A stretch of DNA of 7,700 nt. It comes from a virus (Duplodnaviria; Heunggongvirae; Uroviricota; Caudoviricetes). The notes beneath the pieces are model-generated. The model saw only the letters and a list, made by a program, of their open reading frames with translations. It did no database searches and had not been told where the DNA came from. The translations under genes were made by a program, and so were the position numbers. Positions 1 to 7,700 of this stretch are shown here, one piece after another (within the stretch, counting starts at the first letter, position 1; each line of letters starts with the position of its first letter). The stretch lies in the IMG/VR virus record IMGVR_UViG_2728369185_000006; one strand, 5' to 3'.

Positions 1-574
1 CAGGGTTCGTAGGCCACTCAATATCAGGTGCAGTTGATGTATCAACACGGTTCAGCAACACCCGATACTTTTTCCAGGCTTCCAGCAATGAGGTTTCTTC
101 CTCCGTTGCAATTTCCAGATCTGCAGCATCCTGAAGCGGCGCAATATGCTCACTGGCTACCTGCATCAGGTTGTTTTTTGTTTCTTCCGCCTCCCGGATC
201 CGGAACATTTTTTCTGCTTCCGTATCCTTCACCCAGGCTGTGCCGTTCCACTTCTGAAACTCCCCTTCCGGCGATAACCAGGTAACATTTTCCGGTAACG
301 GACCGAGTTCAGAAATAAATAACTCGTCCCCTGACGCTACGTCATAAACCGTTTTACCCCGATGGTCTTCAACGAGATGCCACGATGCCTCATCACTGTT
401 GAAAACAGCCACAAAGCCAGCAGGAATATCTGGTGGTGCAATATCGGTACTGTTTGCTGGCAGACCTGTATGAGGCGGAATATATGCGTCACCTTCACCA
501 ATAAATTCATTAGTTCCGGCCAGCAGATTATAAATTTTTATGGTCCGTGCTTGTTCACTCATTCTGAATGCCAT
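1..574 (-). CDS. tfa: Tail fibre assembly protein Tfa, 3'-partial (about 191 codons in window; stop codon lies just beyond position 1)
   Basis: Minus-strand ATG at 574..572 opens a frame with no stop down to position 2. My translation begins [79 protein letters not shown] and ends DIEWPTNP, which matches lambda Tfa as I recall it almost residue for residue. Start overlaps the stf stop (TAATG). Absent from the ORF track because no stop codon falls inside the window. Confidence 0.9.
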   Translation of the reverse strand, partial: MAFRMSEQARTIKIYNLLAGTNEFIGEGDAYIPPHTGLPANSTDIAPPDIPAGFVAVFNSDEASWHLVEDHRGKTVYDVASGDELFISELGPLPENVTWLSPEGEFQKWNGTAWVKDTEAEKMFRIREAEETKNNLMQVASEHIAPLQDAADLEIATEEETSLLEAWKKYRVLLNRVDTSTAPDIEWPTNP

Positions 575-3500
575 TATGCAAGCCTCACAATATAGTTAAA
601 TGCGATGTTTTTGACGGTGTTTTCCGCGTTACCAGCAGCGTTAACGGTGATGGTGTGTCCATGTGAACCAATCGCAACGGAGTGCGTATGCGCACCAATA
701 CCTACAGTATGTGCATGTGCGCCAGAACTTGCTGCAGTACCAGACAGCGAGTGGGTATGAGCACCTGCTGACTGTGTCTGAATACGTTGATAATACGATC
801 TACGGGAAGAAGTCCCCGGGCTTACTTGATACTGTGAATCCTGGACATAAGTGAACCCACCGCCATCATAAAATGCTAACGCAGAACCGCCGCCTCCTGG
901 CCAACGAATACCATTACCATGAGTATGATCACCGGCAGACCCCGTAGAGCCACTCAGACTGTGCGTATGCGCCCCGGTGTTATTCGTGGATTTGGTTCCG
1001 TAATCAAACGACGATGTGTTTTTCGTCCCCAAATCCGTACTGGATGCGCTGGCGCTGTGGGTGTGCGATTTAATGCCGTCCTGTTCCTGAGACAATACGG
1101 CACGACCACTGGCGGGTTTGCCCTTAATCGTCCAGCCACGCATATCAGGGATCACGCCTGACGGATAAGCGGCTGCAAGTTTCGGGTATGCAGATTTGTC
1201 AAAAGTCTGCCCCTGCATCAGGGCATAGCCAGACGGAACGGTATCTGATGGCCACGGGATTGGTGCGCCAGGCGGATAAAACTGCTCTGATGGCGTATAG
1301 AGTGAATAAACTGTACCGTCCGTTAACCCTTCCGGCTTATTAGCAGAATATGCTGGTGACGTATGAATCGTCACGCTGGCATTACTGGTATAATCCCATT
1401 GAATATTTACACCAGTCGCATAATTTCCGATTGCAACGTAAATATCGTAAGTATCACCAGATGTATTGACCCAGGCAAAATTTGTAAACCCTGTCGATGT
1501 GCGCTGCCATAAAGCACCAGTAATCCCCTTCGGATTACCATTACCTGCACGCAAAACAAGTTCAGATATACCTGCCTGTTGAGGTGACCCCACGTTAAAT
1601 CCCGCACCACCAATCAACGTAATTGAAACAACAGAACTCGCCTGTGGCATGGTTACCGTTGCTAATTTGAACCAACCAGCACCACCGCTGAATGACATTG
1701 TTGTTGAGTTAAGCGTACCAATATCTTTCGGCGTCAGTGTTATATCCGCTGAAAGCGCCTTACCATTCACCTTACGGGCAGAAGGTACCCGACCATTCGC
1801 ATTATTATTAGCTGCTTTCACTGCTTTCGGTGTCGCGGCAAGCGTTTCAGATGCGCTGTTGGTTGCACTACTGAGCTGGACAATTCCTTTTTGTGCTGTC
1901 GTAGCGTCCTGAGCAGTATATTTCCCGTTAGCAAGGTCATAGGCTGCCTTTACCGACTTTGGCGTTGCCGCCAGCATTTCAGATGTGCTGTTGGTTGCAC
2001 TACTGAGCTGGACAATTCCTTTTTGTGCTGTCGTAGCGTCCTGAGCAGTATATTTCCCGTTAGCAAGGTCATAGGCTGCCTTTACCGACTTTGGCGTTGC
2101 CGCCAGCATTTCAGATGTGCTGTTGGTCGCGTTGCTAAGCTGAACTATCCCTTTCTGTGCTGTCGTTGCATCCTGTGCGGTGTATTTCCCGTTAGCCAGC
2201 TCATACGCGGCCTTAACGGCTTTTGGCGTTGCCGCCAGTGACTCGGAAGTGCTGTTAGTCGCACTGCTGAGCTGTACTATCCCCTTTTTCGTCGTGCTCG
2301 CATCCTCAAGCGCCACGGCGGATGCAATATCCTCTGCCCGTTTTGCCGCTGTCTCAGCGCGCGTTGCCGCGGATTCCGCCGTACTTTTGCTCTGAGCTGC
2401 CGCCGTCGCACTGCCAGCTGCCTCTGTCGCCTTCGTGGATGCCGTCGTGGCGCTGCCCTTTGCTGCTGACGCCTGTCTGGTCGCCTCATCTTTTGAAGCA
2501 GACGCAGATGATGCCGATGACGCCGCCGAACTGGCGGACGATGCGGCAGCCGTTTTTGAGGATTCTGCGCTGGTTTCCGACGCTTTCGCGTTCGTCTTGG
2601 ATGTCTTCGCTGCGGAAGCAGACCTCGCTGCTGCGCTGGCCTGTACAGCGGCTTCGCCAGCCTTCGTTGTGGCTGTTGAAGCAGACGATGCAGCACTTTC
2701 TGCCGATTTTCCGGCGGCGGTGGCACTGGCTGAGGCCTGCCCGGCACTTGTTGACGCGGCACTGGCAGATAATGCAGCCGCTGTTTTTGAGTCTGCCGCA
2801 GCTGAGGCGCTCTGTCCCGCTGCCGTTTCAGAAGACCTGGCGTTCGTCTCGGACGTTTTTGCCGCCTTCGCAGAATTTGCTGCCGCCGTTGCCGAGGAAG
2901 CTGCGCTGCTGGCGCTCGAGGCTGCGTTCGTTTCTGATGATTTTGCCGCCTCTTTTGAAGCCGACGCATCCCGTGCTGAAGTGGCTGCTTCTGACGCTTT
3001 CGTGGTCGCGGTGGATGCAGAAGTGGCTGCTGATTGTTGTGACGCTGCGGCATTCGTTTCTGACGTTTTCGCGGCACTGGCGCTGGTAGCTGCCGCGCTT
3101 TTTGATGACTCTGCAGCAGCAGCACTTTTTGCTGCTTCACGGGCCTTTGTCGATGCCGTTCCTGCGCTGGAAGACGCTGACTGAGCCGACGACGCGGCCT
3201 GTCCGGCTGACGTGCTGGCGGCACGTGCTGAGGCTGCAGCATCGGTTGCATGAGTTGCCGCCTCGCTGGCTGATGCACTGGCATCGCTGGCTGATTTTTT
3301 CGCGGCTGCCGTATTCTGTGCAACCGCGGAGGCGTTACGTGACACCTCTTCCACCATCTGCTCAAAGCGGCGCAGTGCCTCCGGTCGGACATCATCCTCC
3401 GTCATGGCACCGAGAAAATCATTCAGCGTACCTGGTCTGGAACCTTCATAGACGGTAATGGTCCCGGCATGTGAAGGCGGAAAACCTTCAACCAGCAGGG

Positions 3501-3681
3501 TGACGCTGTACTGACCATGCTCAACATCCATGCTGTAACGTCCGGCTTCATCCGGATTTTCAGAGGCCACCGTGTTCACCACCACCGTGCTGCTGGTTCG
3601 TCTGGCCTTCAGCACAATGGTGCAGTTCTGTACTGGTTTTCCTGTGCCATCTTTAAGCACGCCAGAAATTTTTACTGTCAT
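574..3681 (-). CDS. stf: Side tail fibre protein Stf, 1035 aa: lambda-like N-terminus, long Ala/Ser-rich stalk, four tandem 44-aa fibre repeats, distinct central domain, lambda/T4 gp37-like His-rich C-terminal tip
   Basis: ORF-track translation starts [22 protein letters not shown] and ends [31 protein letters not shown], both matching lambda Stf as I recall it. The C-terminal part carries [39 protein letters not shown] and repeated HxH motifs. GGTGGA lies upstream of the ATG. Stop TAA at 576..574. Confidence 0.92.
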   Translation of the reverse strand: MTVKISGVLKDGTGKPVQNCTIVLKARRTSSTVVVNTVASENPDEAGRYSMDVEHGQYSVTLLVEGFPPSHAGTITVYEGSRPGTLNDFLGAMTEDDVRPEALRRFEQMVEEVSRNASAVAQNTAAAKKSASDASASASEAATHATDAAASARAASTSAGQAASSAQSASSSAGTASTKAREAAKSAAAAESSKSAAATSASAAKTSETNAAASQQSAATSASTATTKASEAATSARDASASKEAAKSSETNAASSASSAASSATAAANSAKAAKTSETNARSSETAAGQSASAAADSKTAAALSASAASTSAGQASASATAAGKSAESAASSASTATTKAGEAAVQASAAARSASAAKTSKTNAKASETSAESSKTAAASSASSAASSASSASASKDEATRQASAAKGSATTASTKATEAAGSATAAAQSKSTAESAATRAETAAKRAEDIASAVALEDASTTKKGIVQLSSATNSTSESLAATPKAVKAAYELANGKYTAQDATTAQKGIVQLSNATNSTSEMLAATPKSVKAAYDLANGKYTAQDATTAQKGIVQLSSATNSTSEMLAATPKSVKAAYDLANGKYTAQDATTAQKGIVQLSSATNSASETLAATPKAVKAANNNANGRVPSARKVNGKALSADITLTPKDIGTLNSTTMSFSGGAGWFKLATVTMPQASSVVSITLIGGAGFNVGSPQQAGISELVLRAGNGNPKGITGALWQRTSTGFTNFAWVNTSGDTYDIYVAIGNYATGVNIQWDYTSNASVTIHTSPAYSANKPEGLTDGTVYSLYTPSEQFYPPGAPIPWPSDTVPSGYALMQGQTFDKSAYPKLAAAYPSGVIPDMRGWTIKGKPASGRAVLSQEQDGIKSHTHSASASSTDLGTKNTSSFDYGTKSTNNTGAHTHSLSGSTGSAGDHTHGNGIRWPGGGGSALAFYDGGGFTYVQDSQYQVSPGTSSRRSYYQRIQTQSAGAHTHSLSGTAASSGAHAHTVGIGAHTHSVAIGSHGHTITVNAAGNAENTVKNIAFNYIVRLA
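1796..2300. repeat. Tandem 132-bp repeats (about four units, two of them identical) inside stf, encoding the repeated [26 protein letters not shown] motif
   Basis: Positions 1861..1992 and 1993..2124 are identical over 132 bp by direct comparison. Diverged copies follow near 2125..2256 and flank the array. The protein shows [43 protein letters not shown] repeated. Confidence 0.9.
2300..3336. repeat. Low-complexity GC-rich segment encoding the Ala/Ser/Thr-rich Stf stalk (about 345 aa)
   Basis: Stf residues from about 116 to 460 are dominated by A, S, T, K and E, with recurring AAKTSETNA and [12 protein letters not shown] motifs. Boundaries are approximate. This segment generates the spurious overlapping ORFs 2277..3395(-), 2322..3089(+) and 2435..3184(+). 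Confidence 0.7.
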
Positions 3682-3692
3682 ACTTTTCCACC

Positions 3693-3727
3693 AATAAAAA
3701 AAGCCCGCAGCAGTGACGCCACGGGCT
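3693..3727 (-). terminator. Putative intrinsic terminator downstream of lom, immediately upstream of the stf ribosome-binding site
   Basis: Minus-strand reading AGCCCG-(14-nt loop)-CGGGCT followed by TTTTTTTATT. Stem at plus 3702..3707 and 3722..3727, A-run on plus 3696..3702. The stem is only 6 bp with a large loop, so strength is uncertain. Confidence 0.45.
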
Positions 3728-3832
3728 TCAGGACAGTGTAACTTTACGTTTCCTCAAACGCAGTTCACCCCATAAAGTGGATGAACCTGCGTATCATAAC
3801 AATATTTACAGAAGATAAATCGGCGTCTGTTG

Positions 3833-4432
3833 TCAGAAACGGTATCCGATACCAACAATAAATGCATCCGTTCGCCAGTCGCCACTACCGGAACCTTCAT
3901 AAGCAAGGTCAATGGTCACGGATTCGGTCGGGTTAAACTGCACGCCAGCCCCCCACGCCAGAGACGTGTTGCTGTGGCGACCGTCATCACTTCCGGTCAG
4001 CACATCGTGCGTTTTCCCCTTGTTGTCAGTTACGCGGAGATAATCCCCGGAGAAAGTCGACACACGGCTGTAAGCCACACCCGCCATCGAATACGCGCTG
4101 AACCATTCATTCACGCGTACAGACGGCCCCGCCATCACGCTGAACCAGCGGTTACGCACGGAATCTTCATGCCAGCGGGTATCGCTGTAGTGCGTTTTTT
4201 GCTCATCCTCAGCATTGGCATAACTGAAGGACGTAATCAGCCCCAGCGCGTCCGTAAACTCATAACGGTATTTCACGTTAATCCCGTTCAGATTATCGCT
4301 GCCGGGAGCGTTCGTACGGGCATGAAGATACCCCGCGCTCAGTGTGGACTGATGTTCAGACGCCCATGCAGGCGCACCGGATACGGACAGACAGATGGCT
4401 GCGGACAAAATGACTGCACAAACTTTACGCAT
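3833..4432 (-). CDS. lom: Lom outer-membrane beta-barrel protein (Ail/Lom family), 199 aa with an N-terminal signal peptide
   Basis: Translation MRKVCAVILSAAICLSVSGAPAWASEHQSTLSAGYLHARTNAPGSDNLNGINVKYRYEF ... DWRTDAFIVGIGYRF closely matches lambda Lom as I recall it, with a signal peptide and a C-terminal aromatic residue typical of outer-membrane barrels. It sits in the lambda lom position between J and stf. Confidence 0.9.
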   Translation of the reverse strand: MRKVCAVILSAAICLSVSGAPAWASEHQSTLSAGYLHARTNAPGSDNLNGINVKYRYEFTDALGLITSFSYANAEDEQKTHYSDTRWHEDSVRNRWFSVMAGPSVRVNEWFSAYSMAGVAYSRVSTFSGDYLRVTDNKGKTHDVLTGSDDGRHSNTSLAWGAGVQFNPTESVTIDLAYEGSGSGDWRTDAFIVGIGYRF

Positions 4433-4437
4433 AATTA

Positions 4438-4443
4438 CCTCTC
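4438..4443 (-). promoter_or_regulatory. Shine-Dalgarno sequence for lom
   Basis: Minus strand reads GAGAGG followed by TAATT and then the ATG at 4432. Confidence 0.5.
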
Positions 4444-4453
4444 GCTTTTCTGC

Positions 4454-4480
4454 AATAAAAAAGGCGCCATTTCTGGCGCC
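4454..4480 (-). terminator. Putative intrinsic terminator between the J stop and the lom start
   Basis: Minus-strand reading GGCGCCA-GAAA-TGGCGCC (perfect 7-bp GC-rich stem, 4-nt loop; plus 4463..4480) followed directly by TTTTTTATT (plus 4454..4462). There is no T-run on the plus-strand side, so the orientation is minus. Confidence 0.6.
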
Positions 4481-4499
4481 CGTATATGGGTTATAAAAT

Positions 4500-7400
4500 T
4501 CAGCTGATACTGATGCCTGCGGTGGCTTTCTTCATCACCACAACCAGCAAATCGCTGATACTTGCTGTGGGATACCAGTTATTCACCAGCCATGCTGACA
4601 CCGAAAACTCCAGCGTCATGTGGCCGCGACCAGCTGGCATATCAATAACACCACTGTAAATCAGCGTATTATCCAGCGCGGTACGGTTATAAATTTCAGC
4701 ACCGTTTTTCCGTACTATCAGGCGGCATGACGAATAAATATCGTTATTCTCCCGCTCATGTTTAGCGCCGCTGAATGCCACCGCCGGAATAACAATCTGC
4801 CGGTCAAACGGCTGATCGTCATAAACCCTGACGGTGATGGTCCCTGATGGCCACCGTTCCGGTGCACGGGAGTCCCGGGGGAAAGCTTTGCCCACTGTTT
4901 TAACGAGATCGCCTTCAATCTGGTTGGCGGACAATTTTCCCAGAACCCGACAGTTCTCGTTAATCGTGACGTTGTTGAGCGTCCCGGAGTTCGCATTCAC
5001 GTTACCGCTGATATCGGCATNNNNNNNNNNNNNNNNNNNNNNNNNNNNNNNNNNNNNNNNNNNNNNNNNNNNNNNNNNNNNNNNNNNNNNNNNCGGAGCC
5101 GTCAGGCGTTTCAGGAACACGTCGTTCATGAATATCTGATCGCCCTGACCAACAAACATCGGCTTTGTGTTGCCATTCGCAGGATTAATCATCGCAATCC
5201 GGTCAGCAGCCAGAAGCACCTGACTCTGCATACCTGCTGGCGTATTCTCAATACCGGCTCCGATACCCGCAATATAAAGGCGTCCGTCCTTCATCTGCTG
5301 CAGTTTCACGGCCCACATGCTGTTCAGGTTATTATTTGTATCAACCTGAACTTTCTGTATCTGCTGGATTGCCGCACTCTGGTCTTCCAGTTTTTTATTG
5401 ACGGTCTGCGTGATTTCATTGCTGACATTCGTAATGGACGTCCTGATTTCAGCCAGGTCCGGCGCAAGCTGACCGTTATCAATCTGCGTCCACAACTCCT
5501 GGGCCAGATGTGTTTTCCCGATTTCTCCTTTGAAAAAATCCAGGTAACCTTCCGCATCATCGCTCGCCCGACCGACAGCCTCCACGAATGCCGATTTGCC
5601 AACGGTGTTCACACTGCGAACGTAAAAATAATAATCATGGCCCGGTTTGATATTGATACTGGCGGCTATCCAGTACAGCGCCGTACCAAGATAGCGGGCT
5701 GTGGTTTCAACCTGCCTGATATCGGTAATCCGCTTTTCCGAGAACCAGAACTCAAACTGTACCGTCGGGTCATAAACAGCAAGATGCGGCGTGGCGGTTA
5801 TCTGAAAATAGCCCGGCGTCAGCTCAATCCTCGACGGTGCTGCCGGTGCGGCAATCCGGAACGATACCGACGCCGGATCGCCCTGCTGCCCCCGGGCATT
5901 TACCGCCCGGACTGTCAGCCTGTAGTTCCCCAGCGCCAGTTGCGTGAAGCGGTATGTGGTTTCCGTCGTCCGGGCCGTGCTGACCAGTCGCTCACTGCCG
6001 TCGTCCGCTGTTACGGTCAGACGGAGCAGGAAGCTCACGCCCTTCACCACCTTCGGTGTGTCCCATCGCGCCAGCACCTGATATTCCCCGCTGTCTGCAG
6101 TGACTTCGGCGGTCAGGTGCTGCACTGCTGGCGGCGTGACACCATTCACCGTGCCGCTCTGGTCACCGTNNNNNNNNNNCCCCTTCACCACCTTCGGCGT
6201 GTCCCAGCGCGCCAGCACCTGATATTCCCCGCTGTCTGCGGTGACTTCGGCGGTCAGGTGCTGCACTGCTGGCGGCGTGACACCATTCACCGTGCCGCTC
6301 TGGTCACCGTCAAAGTGCGCCCCGTTATCCACGATGGCTTCTTTCTCCGGTACATGCTGCACGGCGGTGATGGCATACGTGCCGTCATCGTTCTCACGGA
6401 TACTCACGCAGCGGAACAGGCGCTGGCGCAGCGTCGGCAGCTTCAGCCCCCACACGCTGTATTCTGCAACGCCGTCAGGAACACGGCTCACTTTCACCTT
6501 CACGCCGTCGGTGACGGACTGGACCTCCACGCTGACCGGATTACCCTGACCGTCAACCAGGCTTATCAGCGTGGTACCGGAGGATGGCAGCGTGATTTCA
6601 CGGTCGAGCGTCAGCGTCCGGGTCTGGCTGTTCACCGCCAGCACGCGACCACCGGTGCTGATACCGGCATAGTCATCATCGCAGATTTCAATGACATCGC
6701 CCGGTACATGGCGAAGCCCTTCAGCACCCACGCTGAAATCCACGGTCTGCGTCTCCAGCAGTTCCGTTTTAATCAGCCACAGCCCGGCGCGGTGTGCCTG
6801 CCCCCGGCTGGTACAGCCAAAGGCATCCATCTTCGTGACGTTACGACCGTAACGGGCAATGGCCTGCGTGTCCTCCACAAGCTCTGTCGCCGTCTCCCAG
6901 CCGTTATCCGGGTCAATCCAGTTCACCTCAACAGCATTATGGCGGTCTTTCAGGGCGCTGAAGCTGTAGCGGAACGGCGCACCATCATCCGGCATCACCA
7001 CATTACTGCGGTTATAGGTCCACACCTTATCCGACGGTCGGTCCTGCACGAACGTCAGCGTCTGCCCGTTCCATACCGGCATACAGCGCATCGCCGAGCA
7101 GAAATCACTGAGAACATCCCACGCCTTGCGCTGTGTGGTCAGCCAGGCATTACAGGTGATGCGCGGCTCCGTGCCACCAAAGCCATCCGGCACCGACTGG
7201 TCGCAATTCTGGCCGATGACATACAGCGCCCATTTGTCCACATCCGCCGCACCGAGACGCTTCCCCATGCCGTAGCGCGGATGGGTCAGCATATCCCACA
7301 GACACCAGGCCATGTTGTTGCTGTATGCTGGCTTAAACGTTCCGTCCCAGATACCGCTGTATTGCCGCGTCTGCGGGTTATAGTTCGACGGCACCTGCAG

Positions 7401-7700
7401 AATGCGCCCGCGAAGATGATAATTACGGCTCACCTGCTGGCTGCCGAACTGTTCCGAGTCCACCTGCACGCCGACCAGTGCCGTGTTCGGGTAGCACTGT
7501 TTCACATCGATGATTTCGGTGTATGACGACCAGAGCGTTTTGTTCTGCAGCTGGTCTGTGGTGCTGTCCGGCGTCATTCTGCGCATCCGGATATTAAACG
7601 GGCGCGGCGGCAGGTTATCCACCACCACCGAGGCCAGATACTGCGAGGTGGTTTTGCCCTTAATGGTGATGTCTTTTTCCGTCACCCAGCCACCGTTACG
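4500..7700 (-). CDS. J: Tail tip / host specificity protein J, 5'-partial (at least 1066 codons in window); interrupted by two N runs
   Basis: The minus-strand frame is open from the window edge to TGA at 4502..4500. The ORF-track start at 7685 is an internal GTG, and upstream codons to 7700 carry no stop. The C-terminal region ([35 protein letters not shown]) resembles the lambda J C-terminus as I recall it. Confidence 0.92.
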   Translation of the reverse strand, partial: RNGGWVTEKDITIKGKTTSQYLASVVVDNLPPRPFNIRMRRMTPDSTTDQLQNKTLWSSYTEIIDVKQCYPNTALVGVQVDSEQFGSQQVSRNYHLRGRILQVPSNYNPQTRQYSGIWDGTFKPAYSNNMAWCLWDMLTHPRYGMGKRLGAADVDKWALYVIGQNCDQSVPDGFGGTEPRITCNAWLTTQRKAWDVLSDFCSAMRCMPVWNGQTLTFVQDRPSDKVWTYNRSNVVMPDDGAPFRYSFSALKDRHNAVEVNWIDPDNGWETATELVEDTQAIARYGRNVTKMDAFGCTSRGQAHRAGLWLIKTELLETQTVDFSVGAEGLRHVPGDVIEICDDDYAGISTGGRVLAVNSQTRTLTLDREITLPSSGTTLISLVDGQGNPVSVEVQSVTDGVKVKVSRVPDGVAEYSVWGLKLPTLRQRLFRCVSIRENDDGTYAITAVQHVPEKEAIVDNGAHFDGDQSGTVNGVTPPAVQHLTAEVTADSGEYQVLARWDTPKVVKGXXXXGDQSGTVNGVTPPAVQHLTAEVTADSGEYQVLARWDTPKVVKGVSFLLRLTVTADDGSERLVSTARTTETTYRFTQLALGNYRLTVRAVNARGQQGDPASVSFRIAAPAAPSRIELTPGYFQITATPHLAVYDPTVQFEFWFSEKRITDIRQVETTARYLGTALYWIAASINIKPGHDYYFYVRSVNTVGKSAFVEAVGRASDDAEGYLDFFKGEIGKTHLAQELWTQIDNGQLAPDLAEIRTSITNVSNEITQTVNKKLEDQSAAIQQIQKVQVDTNNNLNSMWAVKLQQMKDGRLYIAGIGAGIENTPAGMQSQVLLAADRIAMINPANGNTKPMFVGQGDQIFMNDVFLKRLTAPXXXXXXXXXXXXXXXXXXXXXXXXXADISGNVNANSGTLNNVTINENCRVLGKLSANQIEGDLVKTVGKAFPRDSRAPERWPSGTITVRVYDDQPFDRQIVIPAVAFSGAKHERENNDIYSSCRLIVRKNGAEIYNRTALDNTLIYSGVIDMPAGRGHMTLEFSVSAWLVNNWYPTASISDLLVVVMKKATAGISIS
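5021..5093. other. Assembly gap (73 N) inside J
   Basis: Run of N in the sequence; appears as 25 X in the J translation. Confidence 0.99.
6039..6309. repeat. Direct duplication, 141-bp period (130 bp of sequence per copy), on either side of the 10-N gap; 3 mismatches, all synonymous in J
   Basis: 6039..6168 and 6180..6309 align base for base except ggtgtg/ggcgtg, ccatcg/ccagcg and gcagtg/gcggtg. The J translation shows [43 protein letters not shown] twice, separated by XXXX. Confidence 0.9.
6169..6178. other. Assembly gap (10 N) inside J, flanked by a direct repeat
   Basis: Run of N in the sequence; appears as 4 X in the J translation. Confidence 0.99.

Noticed and set aside
2277-3395. A 372-aa highly Arg/Pro/Gln-rich minus-strand ORF, plus plus-strand ORFs 2322..3089 and 2435..3184
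   Set aside because: These are alternative frames of the GC-rich repetitive DNA that encodes the Stf Ala/Ser stalk. Composition is extreme and there are no domain-like features. The stf frame has clear lambda-like N- and C-termini on either side.
3760-3810. Promoter-like extended -10 element (TGTTATGAT on the minus strand) in the lom-stf intergenic region
   Set aside because: There is no convincing -35 at proper spacing, and it lies upstream of the putative lom terminator rather than downstream of it, so it would be terminated immediately. Probably a chance match in AT-rich intergenic DNA.
3830-4507. A 225-aa plus-strand ORF antisense to lom, and similarly 362..595(+) antisense to tfa
   Set aside because: Both are in the codon-aligned antisense frame of well-supported genes (lom, tfa). 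Same explanation as above.
6039-6309. Possibility that the J duplicate pair or the Stf repeats are template/variable repeats of a diversity-generating retroelement
   Set aside because: There is no reverse transcriptase gene in the window. The three mismatches between the J copies are not adenine-specific (on the coding strand they are A/G, A/C and T/C) and are all synonymous. The Stf repeat copies are identical or diverged without an adenine bias.
5508-7526. A 672-aa plus-strand ORF antisense to J
   Set aside because: It lies in the codon-aligned antisense frame of J (start 5508 and the J stop at 4500 share the same phase). A stop in that frame would need TTA, CTA or TCA codons in J, which are rare in enterobacterial genes, so a long open antisense frame is expected. 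Its translation is low-complexity and Arg-rich with no recognisable domain, and J is strongly supported.
1-7700. Search for CRISPR arrays, tRNA or rRNA genes, integrase or transposase genes, or defence-like cargo
   Set aside because: No short regularly spaced repeats, no tRNA-like cloverleaf candidates, and no coding capacity left over. J, lom, stf and tfa with short intergenic spacers account for essentially the whole window.

Overview
This window is the distal tail-fibre module of a lambda-like (lambdoid) phage or prophage, most likely in an enterobacterial host. All four supportable genes are on the minus strand in the canonical lambda order: J (tail tip / host specificity; 5' end lies beyond position 7700) -> lom (outer-membrane moron) -> stf (side tail fibre, 1035 aa) -> tfa (tail fibre assembly chaperone; 3' end cut by the window start, so it is absent from the ORF track). 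Identifications rest on my recollection of the phage lambda proteins; no database search was run. I do not see a convincing previously undescribed system here: there is no defence-like cargo, RNA gene, CRISPR array, integrase or reverse transcriptase. The points worth a second look are a mosaic, repeat-expanded Stf; a 141-bp direct duplication in J flanking an N run, which is probably a scaffolding artefact; a divergent J C-terminal domain; and terminator-like hairpins on both sides of lom. The long plus-strand ORFs are antisense or frame-shift artefacts.
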